Origin: an uncultured Acidimicrobiia bacterium
GTDB taxonomy: Bacteria; Actinomycetota; Acidimicrobiia; Spongiisociales; UBA5794
Reading direction: 5' to 3'
Assembly: GCA_963812375.1 (NCBI GenBank)
Contig: CAWEUW010000007.1
Location: 225,856-289,855 of the forward strand
DNA: 64,000 bases
The position numbers and the translations under genes were made by a program. This document shows positions 28,633-39,700 of this stretch, one piece after another. The notes beneath the pieces were generated by a model that was given only the letters and a program-made list of their open reading frames with translations, was not told where the DNA came from and made no database searches. Within the stretch, counting starts at the first letter, position 1. Every line of letters starts with the position of its first letter.

Positions 28633-31575
28633 TCACGGAATACCGACACGGGTCTCGCACGAGGTCGCCGTGTCGGTGCCGGCACCGCCGGCGCAGGTGT
28701 CGCTGCCGCTGCCGCCCGCCAGCGCGTCGTTGCCGGCGTCACCGGACAGGTCGTCGGCGCCGGCCTGGCCGTTGAGTTCGTCGGCGTTGGCGTTGCCCTC
28801 GAGCGTGTCGTTCTCACTGCCGCCGTTGACCGTGTCGTTACCGCTGCCGCCGGCCAGCACGTCGACGCCTCCCTGTCCGTTCACGAGGTCGACCCCGCCG
28901 CCACCGTCTCCCTGATCGGCGCCATCCCCGCCGTTCAGGGTGTCGTTCCCCGTCCCGCCTTCGATGTCGTCGCTGCCGATCTCCCCCGACAGCTGGTCGG
29001 CACCGGCGCCGCCGTCGAGAGCGTCGGCGCCGGTGCCGCCGGCCAGGGCGTCGCTGCCGGCCCCGCCGTTGAGCGTGTCGGCGCCTGCACCTCCGGTGAT
29101 CGTGTCGTTGTCGATGCCGCCGTTGAGCACGTCGCCCGCCTCGTTGCCATTGACCGTGTCGTTGCCGGCGCCGCCGAGGAGGGTGTCCTCCCCGGTCCCG
29201 CCGAGCAACGTGTCGCCTTCGGTGCCCCCGGCCAGCGTGTCGTCGCCGGCACCGCCGTCGAGCGTGTCGTTCCCGGCATTGCCGTTGATCGTGTCACCGC
29301 CGTCACCGCCGGTCACCTGGTCCTCACCCGAACCGCCGCTGAGCGTGTTGGCGACGCCGTCGCCGGTGAGGACGTCGTCATGGGGCGAGCCGGTGAGGTT
29401 CTCGACGCCGGTGAAGGTGTCGCTGCCGCCACCGCCGGTCGCCGAACCGGCGTCAATCCCGGCGGTCACCGGCGCCGTGGCGTCGGCGAAGCTGACCGTG
29501 TCACTTCCGGTGCCGGCCTCGATGGTGTCGTCGCCGAGACCGCCGTCGACGACGTCGTCGCCGGCACCGGTGCAGATGACGTCGTCGCCACCGAGCCCGT
29601 CGACGGTGTCGGCGCCGATCCCGCTGTAGATGACGTCGTTCCCGGCGGTGCCGATCACATCGTCACTGCCGTTGGTGCCGACGATGCCGGCCACCAGCCC
29701 GTCGCACATCGCCGGCCCGCGTTCGATGTGGAGGTTGACCAACCCGTTCTGCGCCGCCACGCCGTCGACCCGGATGCGGTACGTGATGCCGGACGACACC
29801 AATATCTCGACCAGGCTTCGCTCGCCCTCGCCGCCGTTGTTGTCATAGGCGACCTGGGTGAGGTTGCGCACCGCCCCGCCGGTGAACACCGCCAGCTCGG
29901 TGTCGAAGGTGGTCACGTTGCCGCCGCCGTCGTCGGTCGAGATGACGGCGACCCCGGCGGCGCCCGGGGTCCACGACCACCACACCGTGTTCTGCGGCAG
30001 GCCGATGCCTGGTTCGTTCGCCTGGATGTCGGCGCACACATTGAACGCGTCGTCATCGATGAGGTCGTCGGCGGGGAGGACCCGAGCCGAGGCGAACTGG
30101 TTGTTGGGGACGTTGCTGGTGGCCGCCAACCGGACGTTGATGCGGGGCCGGGTGACCCCGTCATGGGTGACCTCGGTGTCGGTGTTCGCCAGGTCGGCGG
30201 CGACGTCCGCCGGGGTGTCGTTGCCGACGCACTCGCGGAGCAGGGCGAAGGCCCCGGTGACGTGAGGGGCGGCCATCGACGTCCCCGAGAGGTTGACCCG
30301 GGCGTTCCGGCCGGTGTTGGACGGGGCGTTGATGTCGACCCCGGGCGCCCACCAGTCGGTGATGGCGTTGTTGTTGGAGAAGCCGGCGGGCACGCTGAAG
30401 TCGTCGGTGGCGGCCACCGCGTAGCTGGCCGTGAGGCATCCCGGGTAGCTCACCTGGGTAGCCGAGCCCTGGTTGCCGGTGGCGGCCACCACGGCGACCC
30501 CGGCGGCGGCGAGGTTGTCGACGAGGCTCGCCGTGTTCGGAAAGGCGGCGTCACAGGCGCTCTCCGTGGTGAACAGCTCGCCGCCGAGGCTGAGGTTGAC
30601 CACGGCGAGGTTCCGCCCGTCGTCCTCCAGGGTCAGCACGTGCTCGAGGGCGAGGTCGAGGTCGGAGAAGAAGTAGAGCCAGCAAGGGTCCGGGCCGGCG
30701 TCGCAGCTCGCCCCGGTGAACATCGAGCCGACCTGGATCGAGACGATCCCCGCCCCCCGGGCCACCCCCTCGTGGCCGCCGGTGTGGGCAGCGCCGGCGG
30801 CGATGCCGGCCACGTGGGAACCGTGGTTGCACTGGGTCGAGTAGGTGCAGGCGTTGCCGGCGGCGATCCCGGTCTGCGACTCGGTCCCGTTCGGGCAGTC
30901 GCCGACGCCGTTGGCGGTGTCGTCGCCGCCGCGGGAGAAGCAGGCCCCGGCGACGATCCGCCCGGTGAAGGCGTTGTGCGTGGTGAACACCCCGGTGTCG
31001 ACGATCGCCACCTCGAAGGCGCCGGCGGTGGCGCCCTCGTAGTTGTCGCCGAGGACGCCGGCGGTGTTGAGGAGGTCGGAGTCGATGACGCCGGTCGACA
31101 CGTCGAGCGCCAGCGGGAACGCCCGGTCGAGGGTGATCGCGGTCACGGCTTCGCTGGCCTCGAGCCGAGCCAGCCCGGCGGCATCGAGGAGCACCACCGC
31201 GGCCGGGACCACGGTGAACGGGGTGAGGACCTGCGAGGCGGTGCCGGCGAGCTCGGTGGCGAGACCGGCGATCGCCTGCGCGATGTCGTCCCGCTGGGCG
31301 GCGACCTCGGCCGTCGTCAGGTCGGCCTCCAGCTCGACGTCGAGGTCGACCGTGACCACGGCGCGGATGAGCCCGTCGTCGGCGGCGGCGACCGCAGCCT
31401 CGAGGGTGGCCGAGCCGTCTCCCTGCTGCCGGTCGGAGCTCGTCGATGCCGAGTCGTCGAGAACGTTGGGTTCGACCGCACCGGCGGCGGCAACGCCGGA
31501 GGCGATCAGGACGAGCGTCGAGCCGAACGCGGCCAACCGGTGAGGGGTGCGACTGCGATGGACGGGTCCGGACAC
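28633..31575 (-). CDS. large secreted subtilisin-like (S8) serine protease with C-terminal hemolysin-type (RTX) calcium-binding repeat array
   Basis: The ORF runs uninterrupted to 32139. Likely start is GTG 31575 (gggagga SD), giving VSGPVHRSRTPHRLAAFGSTLVLIASGVAAAGA signal; the alternative is ATG 31665. S8 catalytic triad contexts VAIVDTGV, HGSHVAGIAAG, GTSMAAPHVTGA are present. The C-terminal ~350 aa consist of GGxGxDxL/I nonapeptide repeats, ending ...CAGGAGTDTATSCETRVGIP*. Confidence 0.8.
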   Translation of the reverse strand: MSGPVHRSRTPHRLAAFGSTLVLIASGVAAAGAVEPNVLDDSASTSSDRQQGDGSATLEAAVAAADDGLIRAVVTVDLDVELEADLTTAEVAAQRDDIAQAIAGLATELAGTASQVLTPFTVVPAAVVLLDAAGLARLEASEAVTAITLDRAFPLALDVSTGVIDSDLLNTAGVLGDNYEGATAGAFEVAIVDTGVFTTHNAFTGRIVAGACFSRGGDDTANGVGDCPNGTESQTGIAAGNACTYSTQCNHGSHVAGIAAGAAHTGGHEGVARGAGIVSIQVGSMFTGASCDAGPDPCWLYFFSDLDLALEHVLTLEDDGRNLAVVNLSLGGELFTTESACDAAFPNTASLVDNLAAAGVAVVAATGNQGSATQVSYPGCLTASYAVAATDDFSVPAGFSNNNAITDWWAPGVDINAPSNTGRNARVNLSGTSMAAPHVTGAFALLRECVGNDTPADVAADLANTDTEVTHDGVTRPRINVRLAATSNVPNNQFASARVLPADDLIDDDAFNVCADIQANEPGIGLPQNTVWWSWTPGAAGVAVISTDDGGGNVTTFDTELAVFTGGAVRNLTQVAYDNNGGEGERSLVEILVSSGITYRIRVDGVAAQNGLVNLHIERGPAMCDGLVAGIVGTNGSDDVIGTAGNDVIYSGIGADTVDGLGGDDVICTGAGDDVVDGGLGDDTIEAGTGSDTVSFADATAPVTAGIDAGSATGGGGSDTFTGVENLTGSPHDDVLTGDGVANTLSGGSGEDQVTGGDGGDTINGNAGNDTLDGGAGDDTLAGGTEGDTLLGGTGEDTLLGGAGNDTVNGNEAGDVLNGGIDNDTITGGAGADTLNGGAGSDALAGGTGADALDGGAGADQLSGEIGSDDIEGGTGNDTLNGGDGADQGDGGGGVDLVNGQGGVDVLAGGSGNDTVNGGSENDTLEGNANADELNGQAGADDLSGDAGNDALAGGSGSDTCAGGAGTDTATSCETRVGIP
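28700..29700 (-). repeat. array of >25 RTX-type nonapeptide (GGxGxDxUx) coding repeats within the subtilase gene
   Basis: Repeated DNA/peptide motif (e.g. GGAGNDTLNGG, GGTGADALDGG, GGSGNDTVNGG). It is responsible for the long antisense ORF 28507..32031. Confidence 0.6.
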
Positions 31576-31806
31576 CGATCCTCCCGAACGTGCTCGCTTC
31601 GCGGTGACAATAACGGCGCGGCCGTCGCCGGGCTCGAACGGATAGCTACGGGAGGTCGTCGGCATACCGCGGCGAGCGGCGATAGGGTCGTTGGGAGCAC
31701 CCGGAGGTCGATCTGGTCCGTGGCCCCGATTGCTCATCGGACGACCGATGAGTCTCGACGGCCGGCGACGTTTTACCTCAGACAGACGATCGAAGGAGAG
31801 GGCGCG

Positions 31807-32200
31807 ATGGACTACAAGCTCGAGATGGTGCTGCTGCCGGTGGCCGACGTCGACCGGGCGAAGGCGTTCTACCAGCAGGCCGGCTTCAACCTCGACGTCG
31901 ACCACCAGCCCAGCGACGAGTTCCGGGTGGTCCAGTTGACCCCGCCGGGCTCGGCCTGCTCGGTCGCCTTCGGCATCGGCATGACCGACGACCGACGCCC
32001 GGCTCCGTCCAGGGGCTCCACCTGGTGGTGACCGACATCGAGACGGCCACGCGACGAGCTGGTCGGGCGCGGCGTCGAGGTGAGCGACGTCCGGCACATG
32101 TCCCCGGAGGGCTGGAAGCCGGGGGCCGACCCGGAGCACGCCCGACTACAACTCGTTCGCCGACTTCGCCGACCCCGACGGCAACAGCTGGGTGCTCCAG
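31807..32200 (+). CDS. VOC/glyoxalase family protein, frameshifted; no stop before the following sigma-factor reading frame
   Basis: ATG 31807 MDYKLEMVLLPVADVDRAKAFYQQAGFNLDVDHQPSDEFRVVQLTPPGSACSVAFGIGMTD. It continues in other frames: ...VQGLHLVVTDIETAT / DELVGRGVEVSDVRHMSPEGWKPGADPEHA / DYNSFADFADPDGNSWVLQEVGYGT.... Confidence 0.55.
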
Positions 32201-32230
32201 GAGGTCGGGTACGGGACGGAGCCGGGCAGC

Positions 32231-33190
32231 GTGACCGCTCACCGCCGACGAGGCAGGACTTCGCCGCCGCTCGCCGAGCGGCACCGCCGGGAGCTGCACG
32301 TCCACTGCTACCGGATGCTGGCCTCGTTCGACGAGGCCGAGGACGCCGTGCAGGAGACCTTCCTGCGGGCGTGGCGTCATCGGGACAGCTTCGACGGCGA
32401 CGGCGCTGTCCGGGCGTGGCTCTACCGCATCGCCACCAACGTCTGCCTCGACATGCTCCGCCGCCGCGCGCGCCAGGCGCGGCGGGTGGCGAGCCACACG
32501 CCGAGGTGCCGTGGCTGCAGCCCTACCCCGACGTGCTGCTCGACGAGGTGGCGCCGACCGACGGACGGGCCCGAGGCGGCGGCGGTCGACCGGGAGACGA
32601 TCGAGCTCGCCTTCCTCGCCGCCCTCCAGGTGCTGCCGCCGCGCCAGCGGGCGGCGCTGATCGTCCGCGACGTGCTCGGGTGGCCGGCCGGCGAGACGGC
32701 GGCGCTGCTGGAGACGCAGCGTGGCGGCGGCCAACAGCGCCCTGCAGCGGGCCCGGGCGACGATGCCGCGAGCACCTGCCCGCGCGGCGGTCCGAGTGGT
32801 CGGCCGGCCGCCGAGCGCCGAGGAGCGGGAGCTGCTCGATCGCTTCATCGACGCCCACGAGCGGTGCGACGCCGCCGCCGCCATCGCCATCGCCGCCGAG
32901 GACATCCGCATCACCATGCCGCCGTACCCGATGGCTGTACGAGGGGCTCGACCAGCTGGCGCCGCTGCTGGAGCGGGCCTTCGGCGAGGATCGCGACGGC
33001 GACTGGCGGCTGCTGCCCACGATGGCCAACCGGATGCCGGCCGCCGCCAGCTACCTGCGCCGCCCCGGCGACACCGTGTTCCGCGCGTTCAAGCTCGACG
33101 TCCTGCGGATCGGAGGGCGGCGCCATCGCCGAGATCACCACCTTCGGCCCCGAGCTGTTCGACCACTTCGGCCTGCCGGCGAGCGTGTGA
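32231..33190 (+). pseudogene. ECF sigma factor of the SigG/SigJ-like class with C-terminal SnoaL/NTF2-like extension; at least 3 frameshifts
   Basis: AERHRRELHVHCYRMLASFDEAEDAVQETFLRAWRHRDSFDGDGAVRAWLYRIATNVCLDMLRRRAR (region 2). Then EVPWLQPYPDVLLDEVAPTDG, ETIELAFLAALQVLPPRQRAALIVRDVLGWPAGETAALLET (region 4), SVAAANSALQRARATM, EERELLDRFIDAHERCDAAAAIAIAAEDIRITMPPYPM, WYEGLDQLAPLLERAFGEDRDGDWRLLPTMANRMPAAASYLRRPGDTVFRAFKLDVLRI, GGAIAEITTFGPELFDHFGLPASV* lie in alternating frames. Confidence 0.6.
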
Positions 33191-33199
33191 CCCGGCTCC

Positions 33200-33773
33200 T
33201 GGTCGGGAATCTCGAGCCCCGACGCCGGCGTCAGCCCGCCTCATGGCCGGCGTCGAAGTCGGCGGCGGCTTCGGCGGTGAACGGTGCCCGGTCGACACCG
33301 GCCACGGCCGGCGATCGGATCGAGCACGAACCCGGTGTGATCACCCAGCGGGATCGTCGCCACGATCCTTCCCGCCCACCAGCTGTCGACATCGAGGAGC
33401 ACCGGGGCGCCGCCGGGCCCCGGGACCAGGCGACACCGGCGAACTTGTCCACCTCGTCGCCGGTCTCCTCGCCGAACCACCGGGCGAGGTCGACGTCGCC
33501 GGCGTCGACATGGTGCACCACCATGGTGTCGACCTCGGAGGCCACCTCGAAGGTCCGATTCCGCGTGGACAGGCACACGAGATAGCGGGCAGGCTCGACG
33601 CTGCACCGGGTATGGAAGCCCACCAGACAGCCGGCAGCCTCGCCATCGATCGACGACACCGTGGCGATCACCATCGGGTGACGTGAGCGGTCCGTGATGG
33701 ACTCGAACGGTCCCGGCCCATCGGTCGACCCGGCAATGCGGTGCGCCGGATCGTCGCCGGACTCGATCGACAT
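33200..33773 (-). CDS. flavin reductase-like domain protein (NAD(P)H:flavin oxidoreductase component); frameshift near 33420
   Basis: ...RHPMVIATVSSIDGEAAGCLVGFHTRCSVEPARYLVCLSTRNRTFEVASEVDTMVVHHVDAGDVDLARWFGEETGDEVDKFAGVAW, then in another frame ...GGAPVLLDVDSWWAGRIVATIPLGDHTGFVLDPIAGRG.... Confidence 0.6.
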
Positions 33774-33831
33774 GGCTGCGTCCCTATCCGGTCCTGACGT
33801 CGATGAAACCGCCGCCGGCGGCCGCGTCTGG

Positions 33832-34528
33832 TCAGCCGATGAGGGGCAGCCGCGGGTCGGGGTGGTCGGATCGTCCCGAGGCGGCGCGGACCCAAGCCAG
33901 TGTCGTCGACCAGGTCGGCCGGGCGTCCGGCGACCGTACGGCGGGCGAGCAGCTCGTCGAGGATCGCGCGGCGGTGACGGCGACCGCCGTCGTCGGTGGC
34001 GATCCGGTCACGACCCGAGGGCGTCGGTGAGGTCGATGCCGTGCACCACCGCCTCGACGATCCGGCTGGGCACGAACTCGTCGAGCCGCATCAGGGCGTA
34101 GTAGCCGGAGCCGACGGTCTCGGGCGGGGTCGCCCGCGACTCCTCGATCGTCTTGCCGAAGGTCTCGCGCGAGCACGGCCGGCATGTCGGCCGGGGTCTT
34201 GCCCTCGACCATCGTGTAACGCGTAGTCGTAGACCACCGGGGCGACCTCCGACCGCGGGAAGATGAAGAAGCTGACCCGGTCGCGGCCCGGGCTGGCCCG
34301 TCCGGGCGCTGGTCGGCGATCAGCATCCGGGTGAGCCCGATCGAGATGTCGAAGTGGCCGGCGAGCTCGAACAGCGTCCAGTGCGCCTTGGCCTCGTCGA
34401 GCGGGACCAGCTTGGGTTGCCGCCTGCCACTCGTCGTCGGACAGCCCGGCGAAGACGTCCACGATCTGGTCGAGCTCGGTCTCGAGGATGTCGACGTGCT
34501 CCGCATACGACGGCATGGTCAGCTCCAC
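33832..34528 (-). pseudogene. mycothiol-dependent maleylpyruvate isomerase N-terminal domain (DinB_2/TIGR03083) family protein, frameshifts
   Basis: MELTMPSYAEHVDILETELDQIVDVFAGLSDDEWQAATQ then (shift) KLVPLDEAKAHWTLFELAGHFDISIGLTRMLIADQRP, then further shifted fragments (VSFFIFPRSEVAPVVYDYALHDG / TPADMPAVLARDLRQDDRGVAG). Confidence 0.5.
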
Positions 34529-34624
34529 TCTCGGAGGAGGCGGACGGCGAGTCCGGGGTTCGAGCCGAATCTACCGGAGCATGCCCGGCCGCGCCCGGCG
34601 GACGGTGCCGATAGCCTGGATCTC

Positions 34625-35658
34625 GTGGAGAAGATCGGGTTCCTCTCGTTCGGCCACTGGCACCCATCGCCCCAGTCGCGTACCCGCACCGCGCCAGGAG
34701 GCGCTGCAGCAGACGATCGAGCTCGCCGTGGCCGCCGAGGAGATCGGCATCGACGGCGCCTTCGTGCGGGTGCACCACTTCGCCCGGCAGCTCGCCTCGC
34801 CGTTCCCGCTGCTGGCCGCCATCGGGGCCCGGACCAGCCGCATCGAGATCGGCACCGCGGTCATCGACATGCGGTACGAGAACCCGCTCTACATGGCCGA
34901 GGAGGCGGCCGCGGCCGACCTGATCGCCGGAGGCCGTCTGCAGCTGGGCATCAGCCGGGGCTCGCCCGAGCCGGCGCTGCGTGGCTCGGAGGCGTTCGGT
35001 TACGTGCCCGCCGACGGGCAGAGCGACGCCGACCTGGCCCGGGCCAAGACCGAGGTGTTCCGCGCCGCCATCGCCGGCAACGGGGTGGTGCGAGGCCGAC
35101 CCGCGGATGACCGGGCTCGACGGGATGCTGCCCATCCAACCGCTCTCCCCGGGACTGGCCGACCGCATCTGGTGGGGCTCGGGCACCCGCGCCACGGCCA
35201 CCTGGGTGGCGGAGCAGGGGATGAACATGATGAGCTCGACGCTGCTCACCGAGGACACCGGCGTCCCCTTCGACGAGCTGCAGGCCGAGCAGATCGCCAT
35301 CTTCCGGCAGGCCTGGTCGGACGCCGGCTGGGACCGGGAGCCCCGCGTCTCGGTGAGCCGCAGCGTCATGCCCATCACCACCGACGAGGACCGCCTCTAC
35401 TTCGGTCGGGACGCCGCCGAGCGGCAGGACCAGGTCGGCTGGCTCGACGGCAGCCTGTCCCGGTTCGGGAAGAGCTACATCGGTGAGCCCGACGTCATCG
35501 CCGCCGAGCTGGCCGAGGATGCCGCCGTCGCCGAGGCCGACACCCTGCTGCTGACCGTCCCCAACCAGCTCGGTGTCGACTACAACGCACGCCTGCTCGA
35601 GACCGTCGCCCGTGACGTGGCCCCCGCCGTAGGGTGGAAGCCGGCGTCGACCGGTTGA
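34625..35658 (+). CDS. LLM-class (luciferase-like) flavin/F420-dependent oxidoreductase; two frameshifts (~34660, ~35090)
   Basis: VEKIGFLSFGHWHPSPQS | EALQQTIELAVAAEEIGIDGAFVRVHHFARQLASPFPLLAAIGARTSRIEIGTAVIDMRYENPLYMAEEAAAADLIAGGRLQLGISRG... | ADPRMTGLDGMLPIQPLSPGLADRIWWGSGTRATATWVAEQGMNMMSSTLL...LLLTVPNQLGVDYNARLLETVARDVAPAVGWKPAS*. Confidence 0.6.
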
Positions 35659-35665
35659 CTGGAAT

Positions 35666-36488
35666 GTGACGGGGAAGAAGAGAACGATCGTTGTGATCAA
35701 CGACGACCTCGTCGATGAGATCAAGCGCCAGGCGAGGGCCACCTGGGCGGCGGGGAACTACGACGCCGCGGTAGACAACATCTGGGCGGCCGGCGGTGTG
35801 GTGGCCCACGCCGCCCGGGTGGGTCCCGGCGACGAGGTGCTCGACGTCGCCTGCGGCACAGGCAACGCCGCCATTCAGGCCGCCCGGGCCGGGGGTCGGG
35901 TCACCGGTGTCGACCTGACGCCCGAGCTGTTTGCGGCGGCACGGCGCCGGGCCGCCGCAGCCGGGGTCGAGATCGACCTCGTCGAGGGCGACGCCGAGCA
36001 CCTCCCCTTCGAGGACGGGTCGTTCGACGTCGTGCTCTCCACCTTCGGGGCCATGTTCGCTCCTCGCCATGCGGTGACGGCCAACGAGATCGTCCGCGTG
36101 TTACGGCCCGCGGGGGCGCATCGCCCTGGCCAACTGGGAGCCGGAGGGCTCGGCCTGGGAGCTGTTCCGCACCATGGCTCGCCACCTGCCCCCGCCGCCG
36201 CCGGCCGCCGAGCCGCCGTTACTGTGGGGGACCGAGGAGCACGTCCGGGAGCTCTTCGACGGGCGGCTGGAGCTCCAGTTCACCCGCCACCGCATCCCTC
36301 CCAACGAGGGCGACCCATCCGAGCTGGCCGAAGGGTATGTCGCGTCCTTCCCGACGATGGTGAGCGCCCGAGCGTTGCTCGAGCCGCAGGGGCTGTGGGA
36401 GGCAGCCGTGGCCGACGCTCGCTCGGCCGTGGAGCAGATTTACATCGAGCCGCCCACCTACTTGGTGGTGAGCGGCACCAAGCGCTGA
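35666..36488 (+). CDS. class I SAM-dependent methyltransferase; frameshift ~36115
   Basis: ...VLDVACGTGNAAIQAARAGGRVTGVDLTPELFAAARRRAAAAGVEIDLVEGDAEHLPFEDGSFDVVLSTFGAMFAP...IVRVLRP then (+1) GGRIALANWEPEGSAWELFRTMARHLPPPPP...YIEPPTYLVVSGTKR*. Confidence 0.65.
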
Positions 36489-36593
36489 CGCGGCCTCACC
36501 CGGGCCGGCACCGAGCCGCTGACGCCACCCGACTACCATTGCACCTGATCGTGCGGCGCCCGCTCGGGTGGCGCCGACCACTCATGAAGACCT

Positions 36594-36667
36594 GCGCCCG
36601 TAGCTCAATTGGACAGAGCGTCTGACTACGGATCAGAAGGTTGGGGGTTCGAGTCCCTCCGGGCGTG
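36594..36667 (+). tRNA. tRNA-Arg (anticodon ACG)
   Basis: GCGCCCG acceptor stem pairing with CGGGCGT, D-arm GCTCAATTGGACAGAGC, anticodon arm TCTGA-CTACGGA-TCAGA (ACG), T-arm GGGGGTTCGAGTCCCTC, discriminator G. CCA not encoded. Confidence 0.85.
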
Positions 36668-36673
36668 CTACGC

Positions 36674-36698
36674 GAAGCCCTGCTCAGGCAGGGGCTTC
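36674..36698 (+). terminator. hairpin immediately downstream of tRNA-Arg (GAAGCCCTGC-tcag-GCAGGGGCTTC)
   Basis: Near-perfect 10-bp inverted repeat starts 7 bp after the tRNA. The adjacent sequence gggcttcggcgcgtcgg recurs in near-identical form at 43141-43158 (gggcttctgcgcgtcgg). Confidence 0.35.
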
Positions 36699-36797
36699 GG
36701 CGCGTCGGACGGAGCAGTCGTTGTCGGCGAGGACCCTGATTCGCGGGTGGCAGAGCCGGAGGATCACCGCCATTGCGAGACGCGCTCGGACCCGGTC

Positions 36798-39700
36798 CTA
36801 GAGGCGGCGCAAGGCGGCACGGGTGAGATCGACGAAGTGTCTGGTCTGGAGCTCCTCGAATATGTCGAGAGCTCGGTGGAGTCGTTCTCGATCGAGATCG
36901 AGACGACCCAGGTTCATCTGGCTCAGGGCCTCCTCGAAGGGTATCTGAAGCCCGCTGGCGAGCTCTATCGCCGTGACCCACTCCTTTCTCGCTCCTGCGG
37001 CGTCTCCGCCCTGCGCTTTGAGACGCCCCCGGTAGCGGTGGGCGGCGGGTTGGCCGATGGGGAAGACGCGGCTATACGCGGTCAGCTTCTTGACCGCCCG
37101 CTCAGCCGAGGCCCCGGCATCGCCACGGCTGCGTCCCGTCCTCCAATGGACGAAGGTGGTCTCGGCGACGCCGGTGAAGCCGTCGAGGGCGAAGACGACC
37201 GTCGGCCGCTCGCCGTAGAGGGACTCGGCGGCCGAGGCGGCGGCAGCCCGGGCCCGGACGGGGTCGTTGAGCCTGGTGTAGGTCTCCGCCATCAGACCGT
37301 GGAGCCAGCCAACATTGGCGCCCCCCACGCCGGCATGGAGGAGGCGCTCCCCGTTGCGGAGGCAGACCATGGCCTCCCTGGCATCACCGCGTCGTAACAG
37401 GCTGGTCCCCTGGTACAGCCATCCCCACAATTCGGCCTGGGCATCGTCGAGACGGCTGCCCAGCTCACGGAGCTCCTCCCCGAGGTCGTACACCTGGAGG
37501 AACCTTCCTCGGGCCGTCAACATCTGACCGGTGGTCCCGAGGTTCTCGGCGAGCTGGCGGTAGTCGCTGAGACGTTTGTACAGATCGTACGACTCCCGCA
37601 ACTCCCATTCTACGGTGTCCCAGTCAGCCACTCCCACCCCATAGACGCTGGTCGACAGCTTGACCCAGGCGAGTTCGGTCATCCGATCCACCGCTTCGGC
37701 CACCTCGAAGCTCCGGGCTCGGTACGTGCGGGCCAGGCCGTGGAGGGGGATGATCCCGGCGACAATGCTCATGTTGGCGTAGATACGGGCCAGCACGGGA
37801 GAGGTCCCCGCTCTTTCCCGCGAGGTTGAGGCCGGAAACGGCGGCTGTCAGCAGGGCGCCGGGGTCGTTGGCGTAGTAGTAGATCTTCATCAATCGCTCG
37901 TGGGCCGTGGCCGCCTCGATCAGGTCCTCCCGGGCCTCCGGATCTAGAGTCCGTCCCTGGAATCTGGTGATTCGGTGGGCAGCCTGTAAGACGACGGCAG
38001 TCATCAACCGAGCCCCTACTCCCACCTTGCTCTTGCCGATCGGGTGACCGTGAAGATCGAGAGCCCGCTCAAAATGCTGGAGACTCTGGTCCACGCGGCC
38101 CATACCGAGATACGCCTCGGCGCGGTCCTGCTCCCACCTCGCCAGGATGCGGTCCGGGACCGACTTGGTCGGCTTTATGCCGGACAGTTCGGGATCCCCC
38201 TCACCGCCGCGGGCGATAGCGACGGCGTCGCTGAGGAAACCGATTGCCTCACGGTGAGCGAAGGTGCGAAGCGACTTCCGCCCCGCTCGACCCAGGTAGT
38301 CGAGGGCACGATCGACGTCCTCCCCCGGGGTGCTGGGTGAAAGGCTGTGTCGGTAGTGGTACGCCACGACGGCCAACACAGATTCTGGATCGTCGGCGTA
38401 CTCGTCCTCCAATGATCGAGCCACAGCTGCGTGCAGTTGATGGCGCTGCTCGAAGAGGAGCAGCTCGTAAGCGATATCCCGGGTTATGGCATGACGAAAG
38501 CGAAAGCGCTCGCTGTCGTTGAGTACGGGCTCCACCAGGTCCAGGGGGACAAGACCATGGAGGGATTCGACCACATCGAGAATGGAGATCTCACCAGGAA
38601 ATATCCCCACCAAAGCCCTCGGTGAAAACTCCCGTCCGATCACGCTGGCGACCTTGAGGATCGACTGCTGTCGTACCGGTAACCGGTCTAAGCGCCCGAT
38701 GATCATGTCCTGAACGCTCCGCGGAAAGTCGACCTCCCGCAGGTCCTGCACCTCGGGTGCCAGTCTGCTCTCCCGGTCCTCGATGATGAGCAACCCGGCG
38801 TCACGGAGAGCGAAACCAACCTCCTGGCTGAAGTAGGGGTGGCCCTCGGCGTGTTCGAGGATCAGTTCGGCGACTGGCCCGGGAAGGCTGGCCACTCCGA
38901 GGCAACTCTCCACCAGCTCCAGGGTCTGTGAGGGTTCGAGCTCACCCAGCACGATGTGCACAGTGTCGTCCTCGGCCATGAGGTGTCGGTACTCCTCGGG
39001 TGGAGGACTGGCCGATCCCTCGACGAAGGGCCTCGTCCCTATGACCACCAGCGCAGCGGGGATCTCGTGGATCACTCTTTCGGCCATCGTCCAGGAGGCC
39101 GAGTCCATCCAGTGGCCGTCGTCAAAGACCAGCATCAGCGGGCCATCCGACCGTGGGACGTCCCGCACGATCTCGACGATTAGTTGCTGGGTGTTTTCGT
39201 TGCGAAGATCGGGCTCCATGCCGCTCGTCAGGTAGGTGTCTTCCACTCGGCTGGCGATGATCGGCCGCAGCAGCCCTACCCGCTCCGCTTTCCAGGGGTC
39301 GGCATTCACGAACTCGAGAAGCCGGGCCTCGGCGGCCATGTCGTTTCCACCGAACGATTGCCGGAGCAGAGACCTCCAGGCGTAGTAGGCGGTGGCATAC
39401 TCGATCTCTTCCCCCGCCGTCACTATCACGCTCGTCCCCATTCCGCGGGCCTGGTCCATGAAGTCGGTGAGCAGATGAGACTTACCGATCCCGGCAGGAC
39501 CCTCGACGAGGACGGCGCCTCCTCGACCCCCGTGGAGCCGCCCCAGGGCCTCGCCGAGCAGCGACCGCTCCCGATCACGCCCGATCAGCCTCCCCTGTCC
39601 GGTGGGCCGCGCCGCCGAGGCTCGATCGAGATGGGGTGAGGCCTCGAAGAGGATCACCGGGTCCTCGAACCCCTTGAGACGAGTCGGTCCCACCGTGGAG

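Noticed and set aside
28700-29700. Possible CRISPR-like or tandem DNA repeat array
   Set aside because: The periodicity is a 27-bp coding repeat (RTX nonapeptides) inside an ORF. No spacer/repeat structure or cas genes.
28507-32031. 1174-aa ORF on + strand
   Set aside because: Antisense to the subtilase/RTX gene. The His/Arg/Gly-rich, repeat-driven translation is typical of GC-rich wrong-frame ORFs. The true + strand genes only begin at 31807.
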